From the NCBI RefSeq assembly GCF_006345805.1, contig NC_042997.1:170748001-170812000 (forward strand): a stretch of 64,000 nt of DNA. Direction: 5' to 3'. The notes under the pieces were generated by a model, which searched no databases, had not been told where the DNA came from, and was given only the letters and a program-made list of their open reading frames with translations. Positions 52,522 to 64,000 of the stretch are shown one piece after another. How positions within the stretch are numbered: the stretch's first letter is position 1; each line of letters begins with the position of its first letter. Position numbers and translations under genes: made by a program. Source of the stretch: Octopus sinensis (lineage: Eukaryota).

Positions 52522-53008
52522 TACTATAATCATAAATGATTATATATTGAATTTTGAGATACCAGAAGGCACCAACTCCACTCAGTATCAGAGCGAGCTA
52601 AAACCCGCAACTGGTATCACCGAATTCAATTTGTGAATGAAACGATTGTGTCAACAGCCCCTTCCCACCCGCGTGTAGCCAAAACAAGATGCTGTGGTTA
52701 TCTACTGAGATAAAATATGGTTATCCGTAATAATGAAGGGTGAAATTAATTAATTTGGAAAAATTATCAATTACACCAAGTAGTCTTCGGCATGTAAAAG
52801 CCTCATTCGAGGAAAATTTAAGTAATACTAAGCAATAAGGGTTTAGCAACGAGTTGCCTTACCACATACCGAATTTAGAAATAGCAGTCAAAGGGTTATA
52901 GCTATTTCTTCTACTAAAAAGGGAGATCTCAGTAAAAACAGCATTTGGAAGGCACAAACAGGTAAGAGAGAATGAATTGACTGCAATCTATCATACATTT
53001 TTTTAGTT

Positions 53009-53123
53009 ATCCACGGACGTACGTTTCGAAATCAAGTTTTAAGGAAAGCATACGAATTAAATATTAAATATTAATAATAAATAATTCTATCTTACCGAAA
53101 CTTCTTTTCTCTTCAGCGTAGAA
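53009..53123 (-). ncRNA. Type I hammerhead ribozyme, copy 3
   Basis: Core and stems identical to copy 1. Confidence 0.85.
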
Positions 53124-53609
53124 TACTATAATCATAATGATTATATATTGAATTTTGAGATACCAGAAGGCACCAACTCCACTCAGTATCAGAGCGAGCT
53201 AAAACCCGCAACTGGTATCACCGAATTCAATTTGTGAATGAAACGATTGTGTCAACAGCCCCTTCCCACCCGCGTGTAGCCAAAACAAGATGCTGTGGTT
53301 ATCTACTGAGATAAAATATGGTTATCCGTAATAATGAAGGGTGAAATTAATTAATTTGGAAAAATTATCAATTACACCAAGTAGTCTTCGGCATGTAAAA
53401 GCCTCATTCGAGGAAAATTTAAGTAATACTAAGCAATAAGGGTTTAGCAACGAGTTGCCTTACCACATACCGAATTTAGAAATAGCAGTCAAAGGGTTAT
53501 AGCTATTTCTTCTACTAAAAAGGGAGATCTCAGTAAAAACAGCATTTGGAAGGCACAAACAGGTAAGAGAGAATGAATTGACTGCAATCTATCATACATT
53601 TTTTTAGTT

Positions 53610-53724
53610 ATCCACGGACGTACGTTTCGAAATCAAGTTTTAAGGAAGCATACGAATTAAATATTAAATATTAAATAATAAATAATTCTATCTTACCGAA
53701 ACTTCTTTTCTCTTCAGCGTAGAA
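53610..53724 (-). ncRNA. Type I hammerhead ribozyme, copy 4
   Basis: Core and stems identical to copy 1. Confidence 0.85.
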
Positions 53725-54210
53725 TACTATAATCATAAATGATTATATATTGAATTTTGAGATACCAGAAGGCACCAACTCCACTCAGTATCAGAGCGAG
53801 CTAAAACCCGCAACTGGTATCACCGAATTCAATTTGTGAATGAAACGATTGTGTCAACAGCCCCTTCCCCCCCGCGTGTAGCCAAAACAAGATGCTGTGG
53901 TTATCTACTGAGATAAAATATGGTTATCCGTAATAATGAAGGGTGAAATTAATTAATTTGGAAAAATTATCAATTACACCAAGTAGTCTTCGGCATGTAA
54001 AAGCCTCATTCGAGGAAAATTTAAGTAATACTAAGCAATAAGGGTTTAGCAACGAGTTGCCTTACCACATACCGAATTTAGAAATAGCAGTCAAAGGGTT
54101 ATAGCTATTTCTTCTACTAAAAAGGGAGATCTCAGTAAAAACAGCATTTGGAAGGCACAAACAGTAAGAGAGAATGAATTGACTGCAATCTATCATACAT
54201 TTTTTTAGTT

Positions 54211-54326
54211 ATCCACGGACGTACGTTTCGAAATCAAGTTTTAAGGAAAGCATACGAATTAAATATTAAATATTAAATAATAAATAATTCTATCTTACCG
54301 AAACTTCTTTTCTCTTCAGCGTAGAA
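54211..54326 (-). ncRNA. Type I hammerhead ribozyme, copy 5
   Basis: Core and stems identical to copy 1. Confidence 0.85.
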
Positions 54327-54884
54327 TACTATAATCATAAATGATTATATATTGAATTTTGAGATACCAGAAGGCAATATATATATATATATGAGAGTCA
54401 ACAACTATTGCAGAGGTTGCAAGAAGCAACGAAAATTTGGGAAAAACTAAATAAGTAAATGACCGGAAATCGAACCGGTGAGAGTATTAATAAATAAGGC
54501 ATTAAAACAAAATAACTCTCCCCAGACAGAATAATATATGTGACTTTTTCAATATTCATTTTTGCTTGCAATAGCTGGTTCTTTTGGGGTTAAACTGTCG
54601 TATCTCCAGCTACTTCAGGTGCTAAGATATCAAAAATTGTCAAAGTGTAGGACAACGGTTTTGCTATGGAAAGGTGAAACTATTTTTTTATTTTCTTAAA
54701 AAGCAGTGTTTTGGACTTACGACACTTTTGCAGACTAGCAACGATATATATATATAACGGGCTTCTTTCAGTTTCCGTCCAGCAAATCCACTCATAAGGC
54801 TACATTTATAAATATATATATATATACATGTGTGTGTGTGTATACATGTATATATGTATATATACATATATGTCCATGCGAATA

Positions 54885-57240
54885 CCCCTTCTCCATGTCT
54901 AAGGAGTGAAACCACCAAGGTGTTGATAGATTCAATCCTATTCCGTCTGTTTAATTTTGACTTAAGGATTAGTCTCAGTCTGCGCAATAATTCCACCTTA
55001 AATTTTTCTGTTATTTCTTTCTCCATCAATTTATCCATTTCCCAAATCCCCAAGTACTTATAGCTCGTCTTTTCTATCTGCCTCATAACCTCCCCCGACG
55101 GTATCGTTAGCCCGTCCATATATTTGATTTTGCCTTTCTTCAAGACTAACACACCACACTCTTTCAATCTGAACTCCATTCTAACATCAGCACTGAAGGT
55201 ATGCACTGTATCAACGAGGGAACTGACTTGGGTTAGGCTTCATCTTTACCATAAAGTTTGAGGTCATCCATGAATAACAAATGATAGACTTTTTGTTGGC
55301 GGCTTTTGAATACATACCCAGCTTTTGCTTTCCTCGGAATCAGTGTTAATGGTATTAAGCACAGTACAAAGATCAGAGGGACAGGCAGTCCCCTTGGAAG
55401 ATGCCCCTCCTAATTTCTACTGTCCCTAAACTTCTTCCGTATGCTGTCAGGTTCGTCCTCAAATTCTCCATACTTTTTCCAAGCAATCGCTCAACATTCG
55501 ATGGAATACCAAAAATATTCATACATTCCATCATCCAAGAATGTGGGATCATATCGTACGCCTTACGATAGTCGATCCATGACACGGCTAAGTTACTTTT
55601 CCTCCTCTTGCAGTCTCTAAGTACAGTTTTGTCTAGTATGAGTTGATCCTTGGTACCTCTGCACTGCGTTTGCAACCCTTCTGCTCATGTGGCAGGACTC
55701 CATTTTTTCCCCAGAGGTTCGTACATTGATTCTGCGAGTATTCCAGTCAATAACTTCCACATAAGTGGCAAACAGGATATCGGCCTGTAATTGTCTACCG
55801 TATTACTGTTTTCGATATTTTTCAGGCACATGACTATCCTACCCAATGCCAACCACTCTGGTGTTACTTGGTTGGCATTTAACAAGGTGTCGAGTTGTGC
55901 AGCTATTCGTGCATGACATTCACTAAATCTTTTGATCCAGTAGTCTTGAACTCCATCTGGTCCCGGGGCCTTCCAGTTGCTCATTTGTTTGCTGATTTCC
56001 TTCACTTCCCTAACTGAAATGACTAGTTCTGCCTGTTTTTGACAGACTACTCTTTGTTTCAGTTCTTGCGACCATTCAGCATCCTTCTTGTGCTCCTTGT
56101 CTTTGCTCCAGATGTCACTCCAAAACTTTTTGACTTTCATTGCTATCTGGTATCAACTTTTCATCTGTATACTCTCCATTTATTTCTTTAGAGAATCTCT
56201 TCTGATCTACTCTGAATAACCTATTCTGGTGGTAACCCTTCATTCTTTGGTTGTATCTTACCAGCTTTGCTTTCTTTGCAACGAGGCACTGTTTCAGTTC
56301 CTCCATTACCACTGTCAAGCCCTTTCTTTCAATATTATACTTCCTTTTCAGCACCCTGTATTTTTTTCGCTTTTAAGCTCCTCTTTCTCTTTTCGGTCTA
56401 ACACAGAGATTTCCCTCGAGAGCATGCCTAACTCTGCCTGTATTCTTCTTTTCCGCTATGGATCTTTTCTTTAGTCACTTTCATTATGTTTCTTTTCTTG
56501 GACATCAACAAACATGTTTTCTACTACAACAATAATTGCTGCCTTGATCAAATTATTTGTTTCTGTTATGTTGTTTGTTCTGACGTATTTCAGAATTTCA
56601 TTGACATTTTTCGTTTCTTGACTCAATTTCCATCGGTCGCTATCGTTCTCCTGTAGTCTTACCTTTATTCTGTCATAGATTGTCTTTTGTTCATCTGTCA
56701 TGTGGCCATTAGTTTTATTGTCTTCTTTTAGAACCTCTATATGTCTCTCAACAAGTAAACTACCACTGCTCCTTTCCTGTGCTATGAGATTATTCTTATT
56801 AGTAAGACCTGTATTTTCATCGTTATCTCTGCTGCTATTTTCCATGACCCGTCTTTTGATAGCTTCGAGTTCTACTTCTGTGAACCAACGATTTTTTTCT
56901 TATTGCTCTAACTTGACCACGTAGTCTCTGTTCCTTGAGTTGAAACAATCCCTTTTCTCTCCAATGATCATACTTACGTTGTCAGTAACTCCTAATTTGA
57001 GCACCATTTTCTTCTACCGGGCTGCTCAGGTAGTAACACTCCATGACCACAGCATTAATTTGCTTGCTCCATCTACGCTGTGTGTGGTGGTCCCTTTCTG
57101 GATATCGACAGGCTGGAGCCGGACTAGAATCTCTGAGCCTGCCGGGTGTGACATTGTCACCATTATTGGCTTCAGTTTCATTACCACCGTTATTCACAAT
57201 ATTTTGTTTTTTTCATTGTCACTCATGAGGTAACGATTAT
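54885..57240 (-). mobile_element. R4/Dong-clade element, 5' two-thirds of the ORF (same family as 40722-42516), 3' end missing
   Basis: [115 protein letters not shown]. Confidence 0.92.
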
Positions 57241-57295
57241 CAGGTTGCGCAATTCCCAGTGTTTTTATTGTGACACCATCACTAGATGTATCATT

Positions 57296-57686
57296 AACTA
57301 GAAGTATCGCCCGGCGTTGCTCGGGTTTGTTTCGACCCGCTGGAATTGGAATTTTTGAAAAGTAAAAATTTTGCATTATGTAGCTTGTTCTCTTCAAGTG
57401 AACATTTTTCTGGTTGAAATACACCGAAAAGTGGCGACACAGCAGTGAAAAAATCGTAAAAAATAGGGATATTCATAGAAAAAAGTACCTTTTTGATGTA
57501 AATAATTTTTGGTGTTAACATGGTCCGATTTGAATTTTATCTTCTACGGAAGGAAGAGCAACCCTTCTTCTATCATACTCTCAATTTTGATCAACTTGTA
57601 CCACAGGGTCTCGGAGGAGATAGTGTTAGTTGAAGGTTACCAAACCTGGCGCACACAGACAACTTCAGCTTTATATAGAGAGAGAT
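57296..57686 (+). mobile_element. Non-autonomous Helitron/Helentron-type element
   Basis: 5' AACTAGAAGTATCGCCCGGCGTTGCTCGGG (small GC hairpin), 3' CAGCTTTATATAGAGAGAGAT; inserted next to the R4/Dong 5' region. Confidence 0.65.
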
Positions 57687-57840
57687 AACACACACACATT
57701 AATACACATACACACACACACACACATGTATGTATGTATGGATGTGTGTATGTATATATGTACATCTGTCCACTTCTTGCCATATTTTTATCGTTCACTT
57801 CCTACACACACATACATACACACACACACACACACGCATG

Positions 57841-57871
<31 letters not shown>

Positions 57872-57960
57872 TCTTAGCTTACAATTTCTTTCTTTCAACA
57901 ATTGACAACTGAAGTACGCTTGCAAATTAATACTACGAAAACTTAGCGACGAGTAAAGCA

Positions 57961-58376
57961 TTTGAAATGAGAGAGGGAAATCGTAAAATATTGAGTTTTC
58001 TCGAATTTTTGCTTAATTGGGTGTCAAATTAAAAGAAATTTATATGCCATGACCCAATGGAATATACATCGAAAAATCATAGGTAAATTCCAATTTAAGA
58101 AATTGTGTGAGGAGTAAATCGTTATGTATTTATTTGTTTCTGTTTCCTGTGTATTTTTTTTTAGTAGTGGTTGAAGGTACACTTGCAAAGAGAAAGTAGG
58201 AGAAAGTGTGGTAATAGCATGAGTGAAGCAGTTGAAATTAGAGAGGCAAATCGTAAAATATTTAGTTTTCTCGAATTTTTGCTTAATTGGGGGTCAAATT
58301 GAAAAAAAATTATATGCCATGACCCAATAGAATCTACTTCGAAAATTCATAGGTAAATTCCAATTGAAGAAATTCT
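57961..58376. repeat. Two ~145-bp direct repeats, period ~272 bp
   Basis: TTGAAAT.AGAGAGG.AAATCGTAAAATATT...CATAGGTAAATTCCAATT.AAGAAATT at ~57962 and ~58232. Confidence 0.9.
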
Positions 58377-58766
58377 ATATTGTACAATTGTATTAAAAAG
58401 AAACATAGTCACAGGCAGAGAAAATTTGCCTTTTATCATAATAGATCAGTCCATAGGAGGCTCCACCCATTTCCTTTCATTATTATTATCATCATCACTG
58501 ATATCACTGATGTTATTGTTTTTATGTGTAGTAGCAGCAGTTGTGGCAGCAACAGCAACAGTAGCAGGGGTAGGGGTAGTGGTAAGGGTGGTAGTTGGGC
58601 CTCAGATTCCTGTGCTATCATAATAGTAGTAGTTGTAGTAGTAGTAGAAGCTGCAGCATACTATTATTTTTATTTTTATCATTATCACCATCACCACCAC
58701 TACCATTGTTATTATCATTATTACTATTTCCATTTATTATTAAAAGATTATTATTATTAGTATTTT

Positions 58767-59012
58767 AAGGCGGCGAACTGGCAGAACCTCTAGCACGCTG
58801 GACGAAATTCTTAGCGGTATTTCGCCCGTCGCTACGTTCTGAGTTCAAATTCCGCTGAGGTCAGTTTTGCCTTTCATCCTTTCGTGGTCGATAAATTAAG
58901 TATCAGTTGAGTACTGGGGTCGATATAATCGTCTAGTCCCCATCCCACCAAATTTCAGGCCTAGTGCCTATAGTAAATAGGATTATTATTATTATTGTTG
59001 CTGTTGTTGTTG

Positions 59013-59085
<73 letters not shown>

Positions 59086-59300
59086 GACAGTGAATTGGCA
59101 GAATCGTTTGCACATTCAGCAAAATGCTTAACTGACTTTACGTCTTCAGGTCCGTCTTTACGTTCTGAATTCAACTTTCGTCAAGGTCGACTTTGCCTTT
59201 CATTCCTTTCCAGATAGATAAAATAAGCACTAGATTAGTACTGGTGCCATGTAATCGACTTTTCCGCTCCCCCGAACTTAGTGCCAAAATTCGAAACCAT
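58767..59300 (+). mobile_element. Two diverged family B-related SINEs with a different tail (58767-58980, 59085-59300)
   Basis: AAGGCGGCGAACTGGCAGAA...GAGTTCAAATTCC...GGGGTCGATATAATCG, followed by a CCCC...AAATT...AGTGCC tail. Confidence 0.75.
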
Positions 59301-60199
59301 TATTATTATTATAATTATTATTATCATCATCATCATCATCATCATCATTATTATTGCTGTTACTATTATACGCATACCCCCATCTGTTTTGTAATCTTCT
59401 TTTGTATGACACGTTTTGCATTCAATGTAAGAATCCTTGTAGACAATAAAAATGGAATTATGATTATTATTGTTGGTATTGTTGCTGTTGTAGATTTTCA
59501 TCACCGGCATCATCATCATCATCATCATCGTCATCATCATGATGTTTTCTATTAAAATCTGTAAATTGGTGGATGAATATTTTTATCGACATTACGATAT
59601 CGTAGCCTCCACCCCCCCCCCCTGCCACCTACCCGCTTCCACCTCCACCCCATCGCCTTTGGCAGTTAGTTCATACGACAGATTCAGCAAAATACTCGTC
59701 CTATTCATATCTGAGATCATTTCTTTTTTGTTAAATCAATTATTCTCATGCAGGATGTTCCAAAGAATCTTTGCATAGTACCGGAAGGTAAACCTATTGG
59801 TTCAAATTCATGAAAAGAAAACAGACAGAAAGAAAACAAAATTACGGAATATTGAAATTATACTATACATTCTCAGCAAATATAAAGATGTAGCGTTAAC
59901 ATTTTAAATTGCTTTTATTGTGTCAGTGTACAGGTATTTGTGTATATACGCGCCCATCTGTTTAAAAGAAACAGTGTGTGAGTTGACGTAAATGCGCATG
60001 TGCGAAGTTTGTGTTCATGTCCTGTATACATGAGAGGTATGTATTTCTGTTTATGTCAATGTGTACATATTTTCGTGTATGTGCCAACATGTGTGTTTGT
60101 AAATGTGTGGAATAGATGGAAGCTCAAAGGAATTGTAGAAAGAAATCTGTCTTGAAAATTTTGGAATTTTAAGACTGATTTATTTTGCATGCGTGAGTG

Positions 60200-60880
<681 letters not shown>

Positions 60881-61354
60881 GCAAAACTACAGAAATATAC
60901 GCGAAGCAAGACGAAATAAATTCTCAATGAAAATAGTTATTTTGATACTCAGGGAAATAGAATCAGTTAATTATAACGTTTCAGGCAACGTCTTTCATCA
61001 GAATAGGGAGTCAAATGGGCAGAGAGGGAAAGGCAACGTAAAAAAAAAATGAAAACAATTGAATGAAACAGTCGACGTGAAGCTTATCATGACCGTTCAC
61101 TGACCGGGAGTAGAAAGAGGTGTTCGGAGGCAGGACATCGAATGTCATAATGTTGGTGTATTTAGTGTCAGTTTGTGTGTATGTATGTGTGCGCGTGCAT
61201 GTGTCTGTGTGCGTATGTGTGTATGTGTGTGAATTTTCTCTCTTTGTATCAATCAACCTATCGATTTATGTTGCGTTTTCAAAGGTGATGTGCTCTTATT
61301 TCGCGGTTAGTCGAAGTTATCTCTTTCTGATTTAAACGCCAACCCACCCACACG

Positions 61355-61736
61355 CGCATGTACAGACAGACAGACAGACAGACAGAAACACACACTCACA
61401 CACACATATACATCCACGTACATACATTCACACAGTCCTACATCCATACACAGTCACGCGTATACACACACATATACATCCACATACATACATTCACACA
61501 TCTCTACATCCATACACAGTCATGCACACACACATATACATCCACATACATACATTCACACAGTCCTACATACATTCACACAGTCCTACATCCATACACA
61601 GTCACGCACACACACACACACGCACACACACACACATACGCACACACAAAATCACACGCACACATATCTCCACATACACACCCACGCTTATCTCCACACA
61701 CACACACTGCCATACACAGTCATGTACACACACAGT

Positions 61737-61804
<68 letters not shown>

Positions 61805-61810
61805 TACACG

Positions 61811-61859
<49 letters not shown>

Positions 61860-61873
61860 GCACACGCACAAAA

Positions 61874-61928
<55 letters not shown>

Positions 61929-62000
61929 TGCACACGCGTGCGCACACTTACACACACATAGACGCACGCGCCACACACTACTACTACTACTACTACTACT
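61355..62000. repeat. CA-rich minisatellite grading into alternating (CACACG/CGCA)n
   Basis: Direct reading. Confidence 0.92.
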
Positions 62001-62474
62001 AACTACTACTACTATTACTACTATTCTTTGTTACATGAACGATAAATTTCGATAGCAGATATTCTCTAGTTGTTGTTGACATAAAAACTATAAATAAATT
62101 AAAAAAATACCAACACACAAAAATAAATAAATAAATAGATAAAGAAATACCAAAAATGTAAAATATCAATGAAAAGAATTCTGACACAGGAAAATAAGAA
62201 AAAGGAAAGAAAAGAACGATACGGCTATAAAACTCGGTCCTGAAAACATAATGTTTCCACAGAGGAATTGTGGCCAATTAAATAACATTCACACCAATAT
62301 CTGGAGAATCAGTCTCAGAGAATTAATCTGGAAGTGACGGAACTTATCTAAATACCATTATCTTATCTCTGCTATTTTAATTCTTTAATTTTTTTAATGG
62401 TGTCTAACGTCTTTGTTGGTGACGTCGACGTCGTTGTTGTTGTCATCGTTGTTGTTGCTGTTGTTACTGCTACT

Positions 62475-62610
62475 GTCTTCTTCTTCTTCTTCTTCTTCTT
62501 CTTCTTCTTCTTCTTCTTCTTCTTCTTCTTCTTTTTCTTCTTCTTCTTTTTCTTCTTCTTCTTTTTTTTCTTCTTCTTCTTCTTCTTCTTCTTCTTCTTC
62601 TTCTTCTCCA
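62475..62610. repeat. (TTC)n microsatellite
   Basis: Direct reading. Confidence 0.97.
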
Positions 62611-63189
62611 CCTCTTTTCTCAACTTCTACTGCATTTAGCCTAGGACCATACTTTGTTAATTCTAGAATATTGTGGTCCAAGAAGGTGTTGGCATCACCT
62701 TCATGTTACGGATCCATATTATTCAGGATGTTGTTTGTTGCTCTGAGTATCATTTGGTTCATGAACAGCATATTAGAAAGTTCTTATAATGATTCTGTTT
62801 GCCCTTGTTTATACAATGATAACTCAGAGAAGATGTGGCTTTCATGCCATTTACACGAGGGAAGTTACACAGGAGGAGTATATTGATGTATTAGTCCAGG
62901 TCAGTCAATACCGCTTCTTTGTGCCTGAGGTTTTCCTCAAATTTAACCACAAAGAATAATCTCTAATTCGAGCCTACTCTAAGCTACTAAGAATGCATGC
63001 GGCAACTTGATGATCCACTCACCACAAGCGATAGACTGGCGGTTGCACGGGCGCGAAAGCTAAGTTGTTATCCTCATTCCGTAAACGGTGGCTTTTAACG
63101 GGTGGAGAGCTGAACCATCCTTGGGTACAGAGGATTCGCAATCTAGACTAGGTTCTGAAAGTTTACCACACCATAGTGGATTACACCCT

Positions 63190-63402
63190 GGTTCCTCTGC
63201 TTTGTGGCAGATGTAGGAAGAAAGAGTGAGAGAAAGTTGTGGTGAAAGAGTACAGCGGAGTTCACCCCCACCCGTCGGAGCCTCGTGGAGCTCAGGCATT
63301 TTTGCTCAATAAACACTCACAATGCCCGGTTTGGGAATCGAAACGGCGTTCTTACGACCGCGAGTCCGCTGCCCTAACCACTGGGCCATTGCGCCTCCAC
63401 AC
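63190..63402 (-). mobile_element. SINE family C head and core joined to a third, unrelated downstream sequence
   Basis: Head and core match the 7591 copy up to CTCTTTCTTCCT, then continue ACATCTGCCACAAAGCAGAGG..., unlike tail types 1 and 2. Confidence 0.75.
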
Positions 63403-64000
63403 TGTTGCTGTTGCAGTCGGTTAATGATCTTTGTTTTTGTTGTGGGTTTTGCTGTTGTTTTTGTTGTGGATTTTGCTATTGGTTTTGTTGAGCCCGAGAT
63501 CAGCTCTGATTAAACAGACCTAGAATCCCAATCTCATGGTTTCGGGTTCAGTCTCACCGCCCGGCGAGATATATAAACAACGCTTACAGAGAGTAACACA
63601 TACGCTCACATCTTTTATTTTTTATTTGTTTCAGTCATTGGACTTCGGCCAAGCTTCCAAATTCACCTCATCTTAATCTAGAAGAGATTATCACTCCTAT
63701 GATAACTGACCGCTATGATAATTGATGGGTACACCACGCGTCAATTTTTTCTTTCATCCTTTAATCAAGAGAGAACGACAATGCTCAAGACCCTTTATTT
63801 GCAGGGCCTGTGAGACTGGGTTGATGGGTAGGTGGGTAGGAAAATAAAGAGGGCGGTATCTTCAAACCGAAAATATGACCGGAATGTTTGCAAGGGAGTG
63901 GAGTATACTAAAAGCATTTAAGGACCAGGTGGGGGGGTGCTGGTGTAAATACCGAGTGATAAATTAGATCTACGATCCATTAAAGCCCCAATGGGATTCG

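Larger units (their letters stand above)
51625..54376 (-). repeat. Tandem array, 4.6 x ~600 bp, non-coding, hammerhead-bearing (retrozyme candidate), flanked by (TA)n
   Basis: Units start at 51625, 52224, 52826, 53427 and 54029; differences are almost only 1-nt indels; no ORF in the supplied track. Confidence 0.97.

Overview
Repeat-saturated, gene-poor eukaryotic DNA. The SINE families and the dense tetranucleotide/dinucleotide microsatellites suggest an octopod cephalopod (inference). I could not support any host protein-coding exon, and nearly all ORFs in the supplied track are microsatellite translations or decayed transposon fragments. Recognisable content: four tRNA-derived SINE families (>20 copies, several with 10-17 bp TSDs); mariner (DD34D), maT (DD37D) and two hAT transposase relics; a Helitron helicase relic with a canonical 3' end; Helentron/Helitron-type non-autonomous elements; MITEs; CR1-type, RTE, Tx1 and R4/Dong LINE fragments; and two Penelope-like elements (PLEs). 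The standout is a very young array of 4.6 x ~600 bp units (51625-54376) with no ORF, in which every unit carries a complete type I hammerhead ribozyme on the minus strand, making it a retrozyme candidate. A diverged relative with its own hammerhead lies at 27965-28035, and two further relatives end in long fold-back palindromes (25514-25643, 28362-28673). Other recurring themes are retroelements embedded in specific microsatellites ((TC)n, (TAA)n, (GATA)n) and snap-back or inverted 5' junctions.
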